From: Trichoplax adhaerens
Lineage: Eukaryota; Animalia; Placozoa
Reading direction: 5' to 3'
Assembly (NCBI RefSeq): GCF_000150275.1
Contig: NW_002060984.1
Location: 83,185 to 147,184, forward strand
Length of the DNA: 64,000 nt
The position numbers were made by a program, and so were the translations under genes. Below the pieces are notes generated by a model that searched no databases, was not told where the DNA came from, and worked only from the letters and a program-made list of their open reading frames with translations. Positions 26,707-40,558 of this stretch are shown here, one piece after another; position 1 is the stretch's first letter, and each line of letters opens with the position of its first letter.

Positions 26707-27945
26707 TATCACAAACTTAACTCGCGAACTTTTATCCTAAACTAATAGATTACGTATTCCTATCTCCACTACACCTGGAGATCTGCTGTGCGATAGTACT
26801 ATAGTACTTGGTGTCACATAGGGATCAGACTGTTCTAAGAGTTTAGTATACTTTCATAGGTAGAGTAGCCGAGACACTTTCTAATCACGAACGAACTGAG
26901 GAGCTGAGCATTCGCTTCTTCTTTTATACTCTACCACCAAACTTGTGGTGCACACATAGCAATTTAGCAACATAATATTTACAGGGTTTATATAGGGAAA
27001 CAACTTTCAATAAGCTATATAATTTACTATCGATACAACTAGTTAACAACTTTAATTGGTGTCACAAAACAGCTTTGCAACAAGATAACGCAATATGCGA
27101 TCAATAAGTCAATTCCTTGAATCACGTATCAAGGAACGATATCTGCACTATCACAAACACTTTTGCTCTACTAGTAGACTACACAAAGACTTAAACGCCT
27201 CGTATTTTACGCTAAACACTAAGTTGGAGAATTCTCTTTATTTCACGATATACTGCATTTATATACTATTCCTCAATAGTTCATGAGTCATAGTTAATAC
27301 AATTAACATTGGAATCATTTATTGAATTAGATATTAATTTTAGCTACTGCTCCCTTAATGCAGACAACAGTATTTACGAACATAGACATCTGATGACTAA
27401 TACACAATAGTCAGATTACGATATGTCCTATCACGGAACATTTCCATGATAATTTACAGTCTATCATAAGTAAATTACAATCACAATGATTCGAATTGTA
27501 AGTAGATGATTTACATTCCCTATTATAACTATTAATTTCAGTATGTGTATAAGTGTCACTGTCATAAAAAGTCAGTGCTATATTAAAACACAGTATATCC
27601 AAATTATAAGTTAACTAAATAAGGATAGTCTAACAGAATTATCCTAACATAGTTATTTCTACTGTAATACAGTATTTAACACTGTAACAATTGGTAATAA
27701 CTAATAAATAGCCAATTAAACGAACGAAGTACACGGTATACTGTAAAGTTAATGAACCTCTGACAGGTGTATCAAATGGTAATACTATCTGTTAAATGAG
27801 CACATTATCGTAAACCGTCAGCAAAGCGACAGGAGTTTGTACTAGTACTAATTAATTTCAGAACACGCTTACAGTACATTTCGGTAGTCTAACAAAACTA
27901 TACACGATGAATGTTCATAATTACTCTTTACCACTTATAGCTATG
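26707..27945 (-). mobile_element. Solo-LTR-like element family B, older copy interrupted by a family A insertion
   Basis: 26707-27059 and 27695-~27945 are collinear with the intact element at 38820-39440 (cacaaacttaact.gcgaa..., caccaaacttgtggtgc.cacatag, aataactaataaatagc.aattaaacgaacga). The right end is not clearly defined. Confidence 0.8.
27060..27689 (-). mobile_element. Solo-LTR-like element family A (630 bp)
   Basis: Termini TGTCACA...TGTAACA with a perfect 5-bp TSD ATTGG (27055-59 / 27690-94). Highly similar to 45512-46140 (inverted) and to 53618-54142. Strand is assigned from a TATATAAA...AATAAA pair. Confidence 0.9.
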
Positions 27946-28000
27946 ACATGAGGATATTTCAGATATATCCAGCAGTTACTTTAAGGTAGTAGTACAAACA

Positions 28001-31000
28001 TTAATTATATTCTTCCTCTTCTGTCTTTCTTGCATTATTGTATCGCCTCTTTTGAATGAAAAATACTGCAAGAAAGATAGCGATAATAGAAATTGCAATT
28101 CCAACAGCGATGATACCCGTTATTCCTGCTTCTATAGGAGTAAAAGAACAAAATGATACTACTTTTAATGATATTGCACCTATTAGCAAACTACAGTGTA
28201 AAATAATGCCTTAGAACTACAATTATTGCCGAATAGGGCTACTTTTTGTGATATAACCAATCACGAAATTAAACATTCGTAGAAAATTTGAACTAAATTC
28301 GATCTTTGTAGAAAGATAATCTATGCATAAACCTACTCTAGCCGAATACAACTGAAGACTTCTATACAGAACTACTAAGTAATTTCAAGTTGTCGGTATC
28401 AGTACTCCTGTTCGTTTTTGCAGCTACAATCTGTATAGTATTACTTTACTTTATTTTTCATAAATTCAAATTATTATTAGTATCAAAATTTTATAGAAGA
28501 CTATCTACAATCCAATATATTAACGGCTATAGTATTTACGTAGATATTATTTCTACCAGCTGAAGCACGATGAACTAACCGTATCCTAATATGAGTTTAG
28601 TATCAGCCGCAACTCACACTCTACTGCGTATAGGTATCTGTATTCTAACATAGAAATTCAAATTACAGTCTATGGCTATGAGCTACTAAATAAGGCTTAT
28701 GATAAATATAGAAGCTATTATAGTGTAAATCATGATAAAAATAACTAATAGTCTACAATCCAATACTAAGTTACGCAACACTCATATTAGCGTTTAACCA
28801 TGGAAATTTTTGTAATAAAGTTATAATATGACCTAGAAAGTTTCTAATGGCAGGGAAATAATAATTATATGAAAATTTAAATTATTAGCTTACGATTTAC
28901 GCTGGAAGATTCATTAGCATAACTTTGGTTTTTCCTAATATAAATTAAAATATGCAAATAATAAATTTGAAATTATGATATAGTGAAGATCAATATACTT
29001 TCTAAGATTTAAAATTTTCTAATATTAGCTAAGAGTGTCAACTAAACGAAAATGTTCAATATTTTTACATTATTAAAGCAACTGAAAAAATTTTTTTAAT
29101 CTTTCAAAAGAGAAACTACTGGATGTCGGCTATAAAATTTGATTAACTATGAGCTTTTTGCATCGATTTTTACGTCATTTTGCTATAATAATTATAATAA
29201 ATAATTGCATAATATTCAAACAAACTAGGCTAAACTTATCGAGCTTAAATGATATATTGATCCAATTGTTGCTCTTATATCGTTTTGCAAACATTAGTAC
29301 TTGTGGTATTTAACAGCTTCATGGCCGTTTCAATATGTAGAGGCTCAGTGCACGCGACACATGAGCTGTAATTAATTTAATTGCTGGCTAGATTGAGGAT
29401 AGCTGATCTAGCTCTTATTTGCGACTCTTAAGATCCATATACATTAAAAAAATTATTTCACTTTAGTCTGTTGAAATAAAAGGTAGATAGTTGTTCATTT
29501 ATTTTTACTAGTTACTTATTACTGATGCTACCGTAACTGATACATTATCGTATCTACATTTTTTCATTTATAAGATAAAAATATAGTTTGTATATCCAAA
29601 ACTAGTAGTAAATTTAATATCTACATTATATATTAGAAACACACATGTTACTAATTCATTTTAAAATATATAGATAATGCGTAGCTTTCGGAGAATATGT
29701 ATGGAAATATAGTAAGTGCCGCTAATTTAAATGAGTGAAAGAGCTTTTTCAGTGTATATATCTACATATTAGGGTCGATAACAAATCATTGTTGGCGACA
29801 AAATACATAATTTAACTTAGACAAGCTTGAATATCCTTGGTAGTTTTAATCTTAATCTTATAGCGTTACTGCACGATTAGGACAGCCTATAGAAGGATTA
29901 AAATTGATTTCGGTGCTTATTATTCAAAATCAATAATATTATAACTTACATGCAAATTGCCATGTCAAAAGAGTTTACTGTGCAGAACCATCCTATTGGA
30001 CAGATCAAGCTACAATCTATCTTAAGAAGAGTTAGAATTTAAAAAGTCAATATTGCTCTGTGATAGTATTAATCTCCTAGGTAAGATTAATATCAAATGA
30101 TTTTTATCGATTTTTTATTGAAGAAAATTTTAAAATTAATGCAAATTTGAGACAATTAGCGTTAACATCTCTTTCTTATATTTAGATATATATCTTACGT
30201 GAGCAATTTCTTCTATGATAACGTGGACCGATATCTTCTGGATAGCATATACACTTATATGATCTGGGTACATTTATGCACACTTTATGTCGAAAAGGGC
30301 AAGCAGCTTTAGAATGCTTACATTCATTGATCTCTAGAAAGATAAGAATACGATTATTTTATAATAGAAATTTTATTTTCCTACTATGCAGTACACTGTA
30401 CTAGTTCTATAACAAGCATAAAATAGAAAGAAATCTGTTTGTACAAGAAGTTTAAGGAACTACTCTTCCCTAGAACTTAGATTCTCACAAGTAAGGATTA
30501 GATGCTTGTACTCAAACCGACTAACTGTAGCTAAGCTTAGTATTGGATTATAGGTTATTAGCTAGGCTTAGCAAATGCTCTTGCAGTCCATAAACCTGAG
30601 GGCATAATGATACCTTGCTATCAAGTATTTCTAATATTTATACCATGGAGTGCATATACAGAAGTTATGATGGCACGGTCTTCTAGTTATACTAACGCTA
30701 TCAAATTGTACCCTTTTTTGTTATATTTTGCATTTTTGTTCTTTCAAGCAGAAAAGACTAAAACTTTTAGAAGGTCTATTTTAGGTGATATAATGTCTGA
30801 GTTAATTTTTTTAATATAGGATTCCAATAAATTTACTTACCTTCACAGTAGGTTCCATTACCAGCATAGCCGCTGATACAGTGGCATTTATGGATCAACG
30901 ACTCATTGTGTTTATGAGTAATACAGATCGCATTTTCATCGCAAGCACCAGATTTTTCGAGCTTATAACATTCTTCATGATATTTGAAGTTTAAATCTAA

Positions 31001-34000
31001 TTTTAACGAGAGTTTTGATTTAGTAAGCTTGTGAAAGTCGATTTACCTTATAATATTGGTGTCACAAAACAGCTTTGCAACACGATAACGTAATGCACGA
31101 TCAATAAGTCAATACCTTGAACCACGTATCAAGGAACGATATCTACACAATCAGGAATATTTTTGCTCTATTAGCAGACTACACAAAGACTTAGACGCTT
31201 CGTATTTTACTGTCATAAAATACTAGTGCTATACTAAAACACAGTATGTCCAAATTAGAAGTTAACTAAATAAAGATAGGCTAACAAAATTATCCTAAGA
31301 TAGATATTTCTACTCTAATACAGTCTGTAACTGTCACAATTAGGTTTATCAAGTTGGTCATATCAAAAGATTTAAATCTTTAATATCCCTAATTACAGAT
31401 GATAATTATGTAATGGGTGAAATTTAAATTAACCATATACGGTATTGGCGAAATAAGATAATGTGATAAGATTTTTATGCTTATCATAGAATTATCGCCA
31501 TCATTGTAATCAATTCACAAATCGTCTTAGAGAACGCGATGAGGAATGAATAGATAGATTACAGTATTATTAATTGTATTCTTTAAACGGTGATGTAGTC
31601 TATAATAACCGATAAGAAGCATATTAAAATAAATTTAAATTTAATAGCTGACAAAATATCGATGTTATGACGCTATTTTGTTCGCTTCCCTTGATTTAAC
31701 TGATTCTAATTTAGATATATTGTGTTCTTAACATAGCACTAAATTATGATAGGACATATTATATTCTGACTATCTAGTATTAGTTACTTTATATCTCGGC
31801 TAGTAAATGCTGTTGTTGCCTTTAGGTAGCAGCAGCTAAAGTCTGCCTTTGACTCGTTGAAAAGCTTTAAAGTTAATTTTACGAGCTAAGACTAATGAAC
31901 TGTTGTAGAAGAGAATAGAAATACGGTACATCACGTAATAAAGATAGTTCTTAAAATCAATGCATAAGGTAAAATACTGAACGTTGAAATATGCACTATA
32001 AATATTAATTATAGGTATTGTATTATTCGCTAGCTGAGAAAAAGTTATTTGTGATAGCATAGTAATTGTACCTTGATATATGCTTCAAGAACTCGAGTTA
32101 ATGATTATAAATTATGTAATCTTATTACAAAGTTACTTTGCAACACAAAACTAATGATATTCCATCCTGATCGTTAAGAGACAAGGAGCAGAATGCAAAT
32201 TTTGTAAATGCAAACATTTAGAAATCAATTTTCGCCTATGTCCATTAAAAATAGTGTTTAATTAGTAAAGCTGGTAAAGTAATTTAGATTATCTGCTAAT
32301 TACTTTTTTTACTTATGACTTTGAGCATTCATGATAGCATCGCACTAAATTGCTATACAAATTAAACTATAATTAACAATTTTTATATAATAGAAGTGTT
32401 TAATACATAGCCTTCGGGTTTGCTTTGTTTCGTGACTATTAAAGATTTAGCAAAATTGTCAAGTAAATTAATCGAAAATGGAATACGATGCTGGTAATTT
32501 CTCACATACAATGAAGGGAAAAATTACATGAATAAATCTAATTAAGGGAGTACAATTTATGTCGCAGAGGTGAAGTTTGTATTAGAAATCGTTTGTAGCT
32601 TGCTAACTCATTTGTGGTTCTATGGCACGTACAGTATTAGTTACTGTATTTATAATACGTATTAGAGCTACGGTCTAGGCATTACGAATATTTAATAAAT
32701 GCGATCGTGAAGTACGATATAATATAAGTATTTTTATAATTTCTATAGATTACAATCGAAATATAATCTTCCGGTTACTATAGGATCGAAAAAATAATTA
32801 AGATGCTATATGTATACTTACGTCGCTTGGAAATGTAAGGGGAATTTAAGCTCTAACCGTAAGAATAATAGAAAACGATTAATTTTACTAGTACCATATA
32901 AGTTGTAATAAATTCACTTTTAAACCATTTCATTATATCAGCCGTCATCTGCAACTACGGTACTTTATTAAGCGTAGCCGACTATTCACTGTCATTACTA
33001 CTTTTCTCAATATTATGATTACACTTCAAAACACACTACTGGTGCTTCTACAACTAGCTACAGTCACTACCCCAACATAGATTAAAGAATTGCTCTAGCA
33101 TTAAAGTATTTTAGGACGGCAATAACCGATTTAATTAGCCAAAATTTGAGTTCAAGTAACATTTAAAAGTTATGAAATATGAGATTAAGCAAAACAATCA
33201 GAATAAAAATACTTATGATACGAATATTAATAGCTAGAATTAACGCTTCTACAGTTAAAAGCAATCACAAAGTATGTATGCGACAAGCAGCTTTATCTAG
33301 CTATCTTACAGTTCGTTTAATCTCATTTTCGAAATGCACCTATCTTACAAATCTCCTTTTTAACAAGAAACCGGGTCTTAAACACTATCTTCACTAGTAC
33401 TCGTGTTCCCAACTAACTTAGGGACCTATCGTAGTTGAACTAACTCTCAGCTACACAAATAAGCTACTAATGAGTAATAGGTTTAAATACTTTACTTTAT
33501 TTTCGTTAATCTTAATCATAAAATGTACTAAAGAAAAACTTAAGAATATTCTTAGCAATAATAGTCAAAAGATCCTGCAAGTGACTAACTGGAACTGAAC
33601 AGCTAAGCTAAAGCTCGACTTTTTATAGTTTCGGCCAATGCCGATGGTGCACTTGTGAATATTCTTGACATAGCGACTTACACTATACAGTATACATATC
33701 CTAGTATTATAACGACGGAAAACCAATCGGCTATCTAAGACTAGAATTGATATGATGGCAGAATACATCGAAATAGGATACTTACTTATATTTAGGATAT
33801 TTTGCAAATAGAATTAAGGTAGAATTTCTCTAAATATCGAAATATATTGTGGCAATAAAATCTATCATACAGTATAACTAGCCGTTGAATAAAATTAGAA
33901 ATGTTTTACTGCATGCAATGGACTAAAATTAAAACGTCCGTATTCAGAATTAACAATGAGACATGAAATATAGTAATAAGGACTACCGTTAACTTAGTAT

Positions 34001-34218
34001 TATAGAAGTACGAAATAGCCAGTATTTTTTAATTGACATTATTAACATTATTTGATATCTTTCGTTAATTAATGATATGTGCAGTACACAACTTTATTAA
34101 GATGTGTATCGTAAAAAATAGGTAGATCAAATTACATTTGGCATACCTGATGGATTAGAATTGAAAGATGGAATAAAATGATAAGTGCAAATTTGATGGG
34201 GCCAGCATGAATAGCCAT
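28001..34218 (-). CDS. EGF-TM paralog 2 (third EGF module truncated; exon 2 unresolved)
   Basis: MAIHAGPIKFALIILFHLSILIHQ (~34147-34218) / [linker exon not found] / LNFKYHEECYKLEKSGACDENAICITHKHNESLIHKCHCISGYAGNGTYCE (~30841-30996) / EINECKHSKAACPFRHKVCINVPRSYKCICYPEDIGPRYHRRNCS (~30199-30334) / CSLICPIGWFCTVNSFDMAIC (~29950-30016) / MKNQSYANESSSVN (28894-28934) / QAGITGIIAVGIAISIIAIFLAVFFIQKRRYNNARKTEEEEYN* (28001-~28131). Confidence 0.8.
28247..28780. mobile_element. Solo-LTR-like element family D, older copy in an intron of paralog 2
   Basis: TGTGATATA.ACCAATCACGAAATT ... CAATACTAAGTTAC.CAACA, collinear with 50639-51188. Flanks ctttt/ctcat are a degenerate TSD. Confidence 0.75.
31060..31338 (-). 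mobile_element. Family A element with a ~350-bp internal deletion
   Basis: Both family A ends are retained (tgtcacaaaacagctttgcaac... ...ctaatacagtctgtaactgtcaca) and fused at cgtattttac/tgtcataaaa. Flanks are attgg/attag. Confidence 0.85.
33343..33640 (-). mobile_element. Repeat family C, copy 1 (LTR-like fragment)
   Basis: Collinear with 40559-40845 (tactcgtgt.c..aact.acttagg, tatcgtagtt.aa.taactct, tggaactgaacagctaa, tttatagtttcg). Confidence 0.7.
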
Positions 34219-36436
34219 GATTAAGCGAATAGAAATTCAAGTCTCTCTATGGTCTTTAAATCGCTATGAGGTGCTTCCTGTTGAGGTTGATAAAACCTTT
34301 TCCTAGGCATTTATCGCTTAATTTACTGTTTACCTTAAAATCCAATTATAATAGTCTAGACAAGTAGCTTCATAAATCATTATTTGACTTATAAAAGATT
34401 TTCTTCGTAGATTAAATGAACTAAGATCTTTGAATTTATTCGATTAGAAAGGAATTTAATCGTTATACAATTTTCATTGAAGAATAAACTATATAAATGA
34501 ATATTATCAATCGTATTCTTTGTTTTAAATATATCCGCTAGCAGAGTGATTTAAAAGGACTACTGCTACGTAAGCTTTTGTTTTCCAGTACTTTCTTAGA
34601 ATAGATTGTGTTATTACAGAAGCAGACTTTGCTGTCGCTGATTCTTTAATTTAGTGTATTGTGATTGACGCGAATATTACGAATAAAATAATAATCAAAT
34701 ATTAATCATTTTATTTCGTCATACTAATGGCTCTACATCGCCTTTTAAAGTTATTATCTAATTCATCTCTAAATCTGTTGTTAAGCTTGATAGTCAATCA
34801 TATACTCGTATTTGTCATGATTTTAACTTTGAATTCACAATGTTCGTTATGACTTGGCTCTATTACAGACACTGTAAACTACCTTTCTATATATAATTAT
34901 GCTACTATATTGTATGTAAATATTTGATATAAATCAGTAGGCTTTCTTCTGAGGCCTATATCTATAGTTTTCTCCAGCAATTAAAGGCTTTTTATCGATT
35001 ACAGAATTTAGGTACTTTAAGCACCTAACATTACAGTATTATTCGATTACTAAAATGCGTTAATTACGTCATAAATTATGAAAGATAATTTTTAATTTAT
35101 AATATTTAGCCTTTATAATTATCATTGACGTTCCACTGCAATACGAATTATTTCTAATTTAATTTTAAGTCAATAGCTAAACCTGGAATTCGGAAATTTA
35201 TATTTGGGACAATATCGTTATTAGAACTATATAATATCTATGGCTTAATATCAAGTAAAATGAGGTGAACAATGTCATGTTACCTTAGTTTGTTAAATAT
35301 TTCAGCTATCAAAAAATAGTCTAGCTGACAGATGTACGCGTGTCGCTAATTATATTTTATTTACGACATGAAATTTTATACACCTTTGTTCGAACTACCA
35401 AAGTCGAAAGTTAGACGTTTAGTTTTATTTGGTTCCGACTACGTCTAAAGTAATAATTCACATACACGTAATTGCATAGATTACTATTAATCTGTAGAAC
35501 AATGACCAATCTTAAATTTTAACTGTTTGCGAAATAATGTAATAAATCTACGATTTGCTAATACCAATTTTATTAGCTAATTTAGGAAATATCTTTTCAT
35601 GAGTTTCATATACGTACGTGAACACATTAGATAAACTGCTGTTAGGTAGCAAGAACTATGGGATTGGAGATTTGTCAATTCTTAAATAATTACTATAAGT
35701 ATAAATAAAGTTTTGATTCATACTAGAAGCTGAGACTCTAGTATTCACGAAGTTACGATCCTCGAGTTTTAAAAAGGTTTTGCATGAGTGAATTAAAACG
35801 ACTGAAAAATGACTATTCCATGAGGACATCTACGGCAAGTAGTTCGAAGCGATGTACGTTATTGGTACTGCAGTAATGTAATCGGCTCTTTACGGCTAAT
35901 AGGTGTGATATTATAATGTTTACTGCTAAATACGCTATAATTTATTCTTAGTAAAAGTAAATTTCTACTAGACTGTAGCATAATTCCTTATTTGTCTTAT
36001 CATATTGCATCTATATCGTTAGTTCGTTCTGCTAGCTACACGGTAAGCTTGTACGCTTTACCTATTCTACATTACTATAGCTATTCGACTAGTCACATCA
36101 TTATACGCGCTGTAGCCTTATACTGTGTTTTCTTTTTGCACTAATTCCAACAAACTCTATTTCTCTGCTAATTTAACTCTGGTAATCTATTGCGATCATG
36201 ACGGACCCTAAGCCTTGTGAAACATCAGAGATATCACTATTTAATTGAGATGATCTAGATTGATTACGTTATGGCAGACTGAGTTTTAGTCTTAGTGTTA
36301 TTGATTAAAGATGTAGGACATGATCCACTGTTCTTGTTTACTTTTATTTATTAAAGATGTACTCGATTAAGAGTTCAGACTACTGCAATAAATACATGGC
36401 GTACTGATATTGTATTCTCACTATTGTGTTAGTGAG

Positions 36437-37079
36437 TGTCACGGTACGCCGTTACTAATTAAGTAACTGTAAATTAATGAATGCTTATGAATAGATAAGA
36501 TAAGTTTATGTGCTATGTTTTAATGCGCTTGTAGCTGATAATAGGATGGTAGAAATGAGATAAAAATAGAAGTTGTTAGCAGTTAATTTACTGTAGGTTT
36601 ATAAGGTGTGTTAATCTCTAAAAATTGAGCTGTATATGGACGAAGGTTAAGCGTCTTAACACCTGATAGCTTGTAGCTATCTAAGTCTGAGAATATCGAA
36701 TGCCCGGGGCATTATGCGTAATGGCCGGACTTCGGGTTTTGGCCGTAACATCGACATGTATATTTAGTAATGGTATTATACTAATTAATATAACTTGTAA
36801 AGCATGAATTCTCACTCGTTAATATTGGAATTCACTGTAGAAACCTATTTAAGCGCGTGTGTTTGTAGAATAAAGTAAGTAATTGCTCAAGAAACGGCAA
36901 GACTCATATCGTGAAGAATAGTGTAATAATTAGTCAGTTGTCTGTGGAGATCAGCCGAGAAATCGAGTTCTCAAATACTTCTCTCATAGAAACTGAAAGT
37001 ACTGGGAGAAATAGCCCAAGTTTTAAGTAACTACACTAGAGTTCTTTACTTTCCTTTGCCATAAGTGAGGGTTTTGACA
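36437..37079 (+). mobile_element. Solo-LTR-like element family F (643 bp, single copy here)
   Basis: Termini TGTCA...TGACA with a perfect TSD GTGAG (36432-36 / 37080-84). An internal TATTTAA is followed by AATAAA at ~36845-36873. Confidence 0.7.
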
Positions 37080-37511
37080 GTGAGTTGTTTAAGTTGGTAC
37101 AATTTATAAATCAGCTGTTAAATTAATATTGGATAATAGACTGCAGTTGTGAATTCTCCTATGTGAGATCGAGTATAAATAGTAAATAGCCTCGAAATTA
37201 TATAAAACTCTAAGGCAAGGTATTTACAAGAGAATTAAACGGGATAGACGGCTTATGTTGATGAGAACCTGAATCTGTCTATGCATGCTACCATAAGTAA
37301 ACGGTAAATCCTATAGCGCTCACGAAAGTGTAATTCCATAAACCGAGAAGTTTGCGGTCCCTGTTAGAAAAGTAGTTGCAAGTACAGTATCGGTTAATCA
37401 ATATAGTGATTGACTGTATTTGGTAAAAATTTACTTATACAATCAAATAGTCCCCGTTTTATATAAACGGCTGTGACATATAGAATACGATAAACGGGCT
37501 GCACTGTGATG

Positions 37512-37533
37512 TATATATATATATATATATATA
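37512..37533. repeat. (TA)n microsatellite
   Basis: About 11 TA units. Confidence 0.9.
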
Positions 37534-37588
37534 GAAGAGTTTATTTACTTACAGTAAACATTTGAGGCAATCAATAAAATCATTTTAC

Positions 37589-37738
37589 TTTCACAGTAAC
37601 TTCCATTGCCGCTAAAACTGCCACCGCAGCGACAGTTGAATCTTAGGGTATAATTATAAATCTCAGTAACACAGATTGCATAATGATGGCTGACAAGTCC
37701 TTTATCAAGGCACTGTTTGTGGGTTCTAAGACTTAAAT
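37589..37738 (-). pseudogene. Orphan EGF pseudo-exon of the EGF-TM family (closest to paralog 2)
   Basis: Translates LSLRTHKQCLDKGLVSHHYAICVTEIYNYTLRFNCRCGGSFSGNGSYCE and ends at a phase-1 GT donor. Cys2 is missing, there is no AG at the homologous acceptor position, and I found no downstream cbEGF exon before paralog 2 starts. Confidence 0.7.
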
Positions 37739-38819
37739 TGAAATCATAAAATAGAAAAAATTATTTATACTTCGGCTATAAAGGTCATTAGAAGTACATT
37801 ATTGAAGAATTTGACCAATTGAAGGGCTACGACTGTTGAAAAATACTTTTATTTGATCATACTGATAATTTAGATTAATAATAATTTTATCACTAGCGGC
37901 TAAAAGTCTTATTGACTGATGAAAGGTAAATTATCAAGTTCAAGGATAGTTCTTGATAGAAATAGAATCATTAAAACATAAAATAATCAAGCAAACAAGA
38001 GATTACGTATAAAAGGAACTATATTCTTTAATTTAATAAGTCAATGATAACTGAAACCTAATTGGATGTATTAGATTTATCGATGAATTTTAAACGCATA
38101 TGTCGCTAAAAAGCTAATTGAAATAGTTTTTTGGTATCTCAAGTGAATTAAATTGAAATTTTCTATAAATATTTAATGAAGTACTAGCAGTTTATTAACA
38201 TGAAGAAGTTATCATCGGATTTTGCTTCATAGCTTGCATCAGCAAATAGCTAGATCAGCTGATCTAGTTACGATATTTGTTGATAGCTCAAGGCACTCTG
38301 ATTAAAGTTCGTATGATATACTTACGATTAAGTTCCCTTCTTAATTTATACTTTATTACCAACTCCAATGAGAAATCTCTAGTATAATCTTACAATAATA
38401 ATGAAACGAGAATATCTAATTTCAATCCTAACTAACTTACTAACGTGAAGATCTACAGTATATGCGTGCAGTATAAATCAAATACAGTTTCTATATAGTA
38501 ACGAATCGATATATGACTCACAATGCCAATTGAATAACTAACTTCTAGCAACGTGACGGCAGTATCAGCTCAATATTACGTTAACTTATCAGCTTCAATA
38601 GTTAATAATTATTACAAAATTGTATTAAAAAATCGTCATAATTAGGTTAATGGCGCTTTAAGGTAATCTGAAACTGAATATAGGTACCGTACTTTAAGGG
38701 CTGAAAGAGAGATATACTACTATAATTGCATGTAAAAATTCCTATGAAAACTTATATCGGCAGTTCTTTCTTAATTTTAATATGTATATAATTTTTATAT
38801 ATGAATGATATTGTACAGT

Positions 38820-39440
38820 TGTCACAAACTTAACTTGCGAAATGCTATCCTAAACTAATAGATTACTTATTTCTATCTCCACTACACCTGGAGGTCTACT
38901 GAGTGGTAGTTCAATACTACTTACGGTCACACAGGGATAAGACTGTACTAAGAGTTTAGTATAATTTTATTAATAGAGTAGCCGAAACGCTATCTATTCA
39001 CTAACTGAGGAGCTGACCGTTCGCTCCTCCTTTTGTACGCTATACCCTACCACCAAACTTGTGGTGCGCACATAGTAATTTAGCAACATAACATTGACAT
39101 GGCTCGTATAAGGAAACAGCCCTAAATAAACTATAAAGTTTACTATATAGTTAACTCGTGAAGAAATTTAATTGCGAATAACTAATAAATAGCTAATTAA
39201 ACGAACGAGGCTCAGTACGCTACTCGCACCTTACTCGTACTTCACGGCGGGTGCTAAAGTGGCGCCAATATTAGTATCTATAAAGATTATACTAATTAAT
39301 TTCAGAATACGCTTACGTAAATCTTGGTTGTCTGGCAAAACTATACACGATTAATATTCATAATTACTGTTTACCGTATTACCATTAGCTACATAACGGA
39401 ATCTACTTAATTAACATGTACGGTACTTTGCTCTGCAACA
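38820..39440 (-). mobile_element. Solo-LTR-like element family B (621 bp)
   Basis: Termini TGTCACA...TGCAACA with a perfect TSD ACAGT (38815-19 / 39441-45). A second copy lies at 26707-27945. Confidence 0.85.
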
Positions 39441-40558
39441 ACAGTTTATCGTAGGGTTTACTTAGATATCGATATCTGGATCTAGAAATCTATGGCTTAG
39501 ATTATTGCATATTACTAACAAAAAACGTACTGTACAGAAAAAAAATTTAAATTGTAGAAAGGCAAGAAAAGATAACCTAGACTAATTATTCGTCAAGAGA
39601 GTTTTGTTAGAAGTTACTAAGTTTTTATTGGATTAAATAAAGGTATTCTTATTTGTGTCTTAATTAAAACAGTAGTTCTACAGGGATGTAATATAGTTGA
39701 AAATAGTTAACAGTATTATTGCTTTCCTAGCTTATTTGGTAGTTATTAAGAATTAATCTAAGAATGAAGACGATATGAAATGTTGCTGTCAGACATTTTT
39801 GTTTATTCTTAATAGCAATGGTCCAATAGCAAGCTTTTATTATTTATAGCTTGACATATCAATTACTGAACAGTCTGTTTATGATCTTGCTTATTGTGTG
39901 GAAGACAAGTATAGAATCCTGTTTTGTCTCTGGACCAAATATAATGTCCGTGTATCATCCTCGTACTGATCTTTCGTTTAGCTGAGAAGTTACTTTGGTT
40001 ATATGGTAAGTTAAACATACCATATTTGTATCTAACTGCTTTAATCTAGCTTTTTGGTGAAATTACCTCGTCCATGATATTTTCCTTTACACAATTTTTC
40101 ATGACAGTTGGAGTGTTTATGAACGTAACCGTATGCGAAGTCGGTCATTTTGCAAGCTGCCCATTCGTATTTGCAGTTGATATTAATGAACTTTTCGACG
40201 TAATTGTAAGAATATTTATGAAAATTCAAAATATTATAACATAAAAATTATTAGTTTGTATATAACCAAAATTGGTTATTGTATGCTGCCTTTGTATCTC
40301 TGAATAGTTACCCTGATCTATAATGTAGTTTAAGCTATATAGCAACATGATATAAATTTATATTTTGCTTTAAATTAGTTCTTAGAAAACTAGAATTTCT
40401 AAATTTTAAATTAAAAAATCGTAGTTTAATCGTCATAGAACACTCCTAGAACTGAATTATACTCACTTCCTGAAATGGTTGCAGATGTGAGTCTAATCCC
40501 GAATTTGGAAGGTTCTGTTAATATTAATTCCAAAAGTTGGCTTATACGTATATGCTTA

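Noticed and set aside
27095-27602. ORFs 27095..27286, 27411..27602 and 53515..53730 with similar translations
   Set aside because: They lie inside family A repeats; the similarity is at DNA level, with no retroviral protein motifs.
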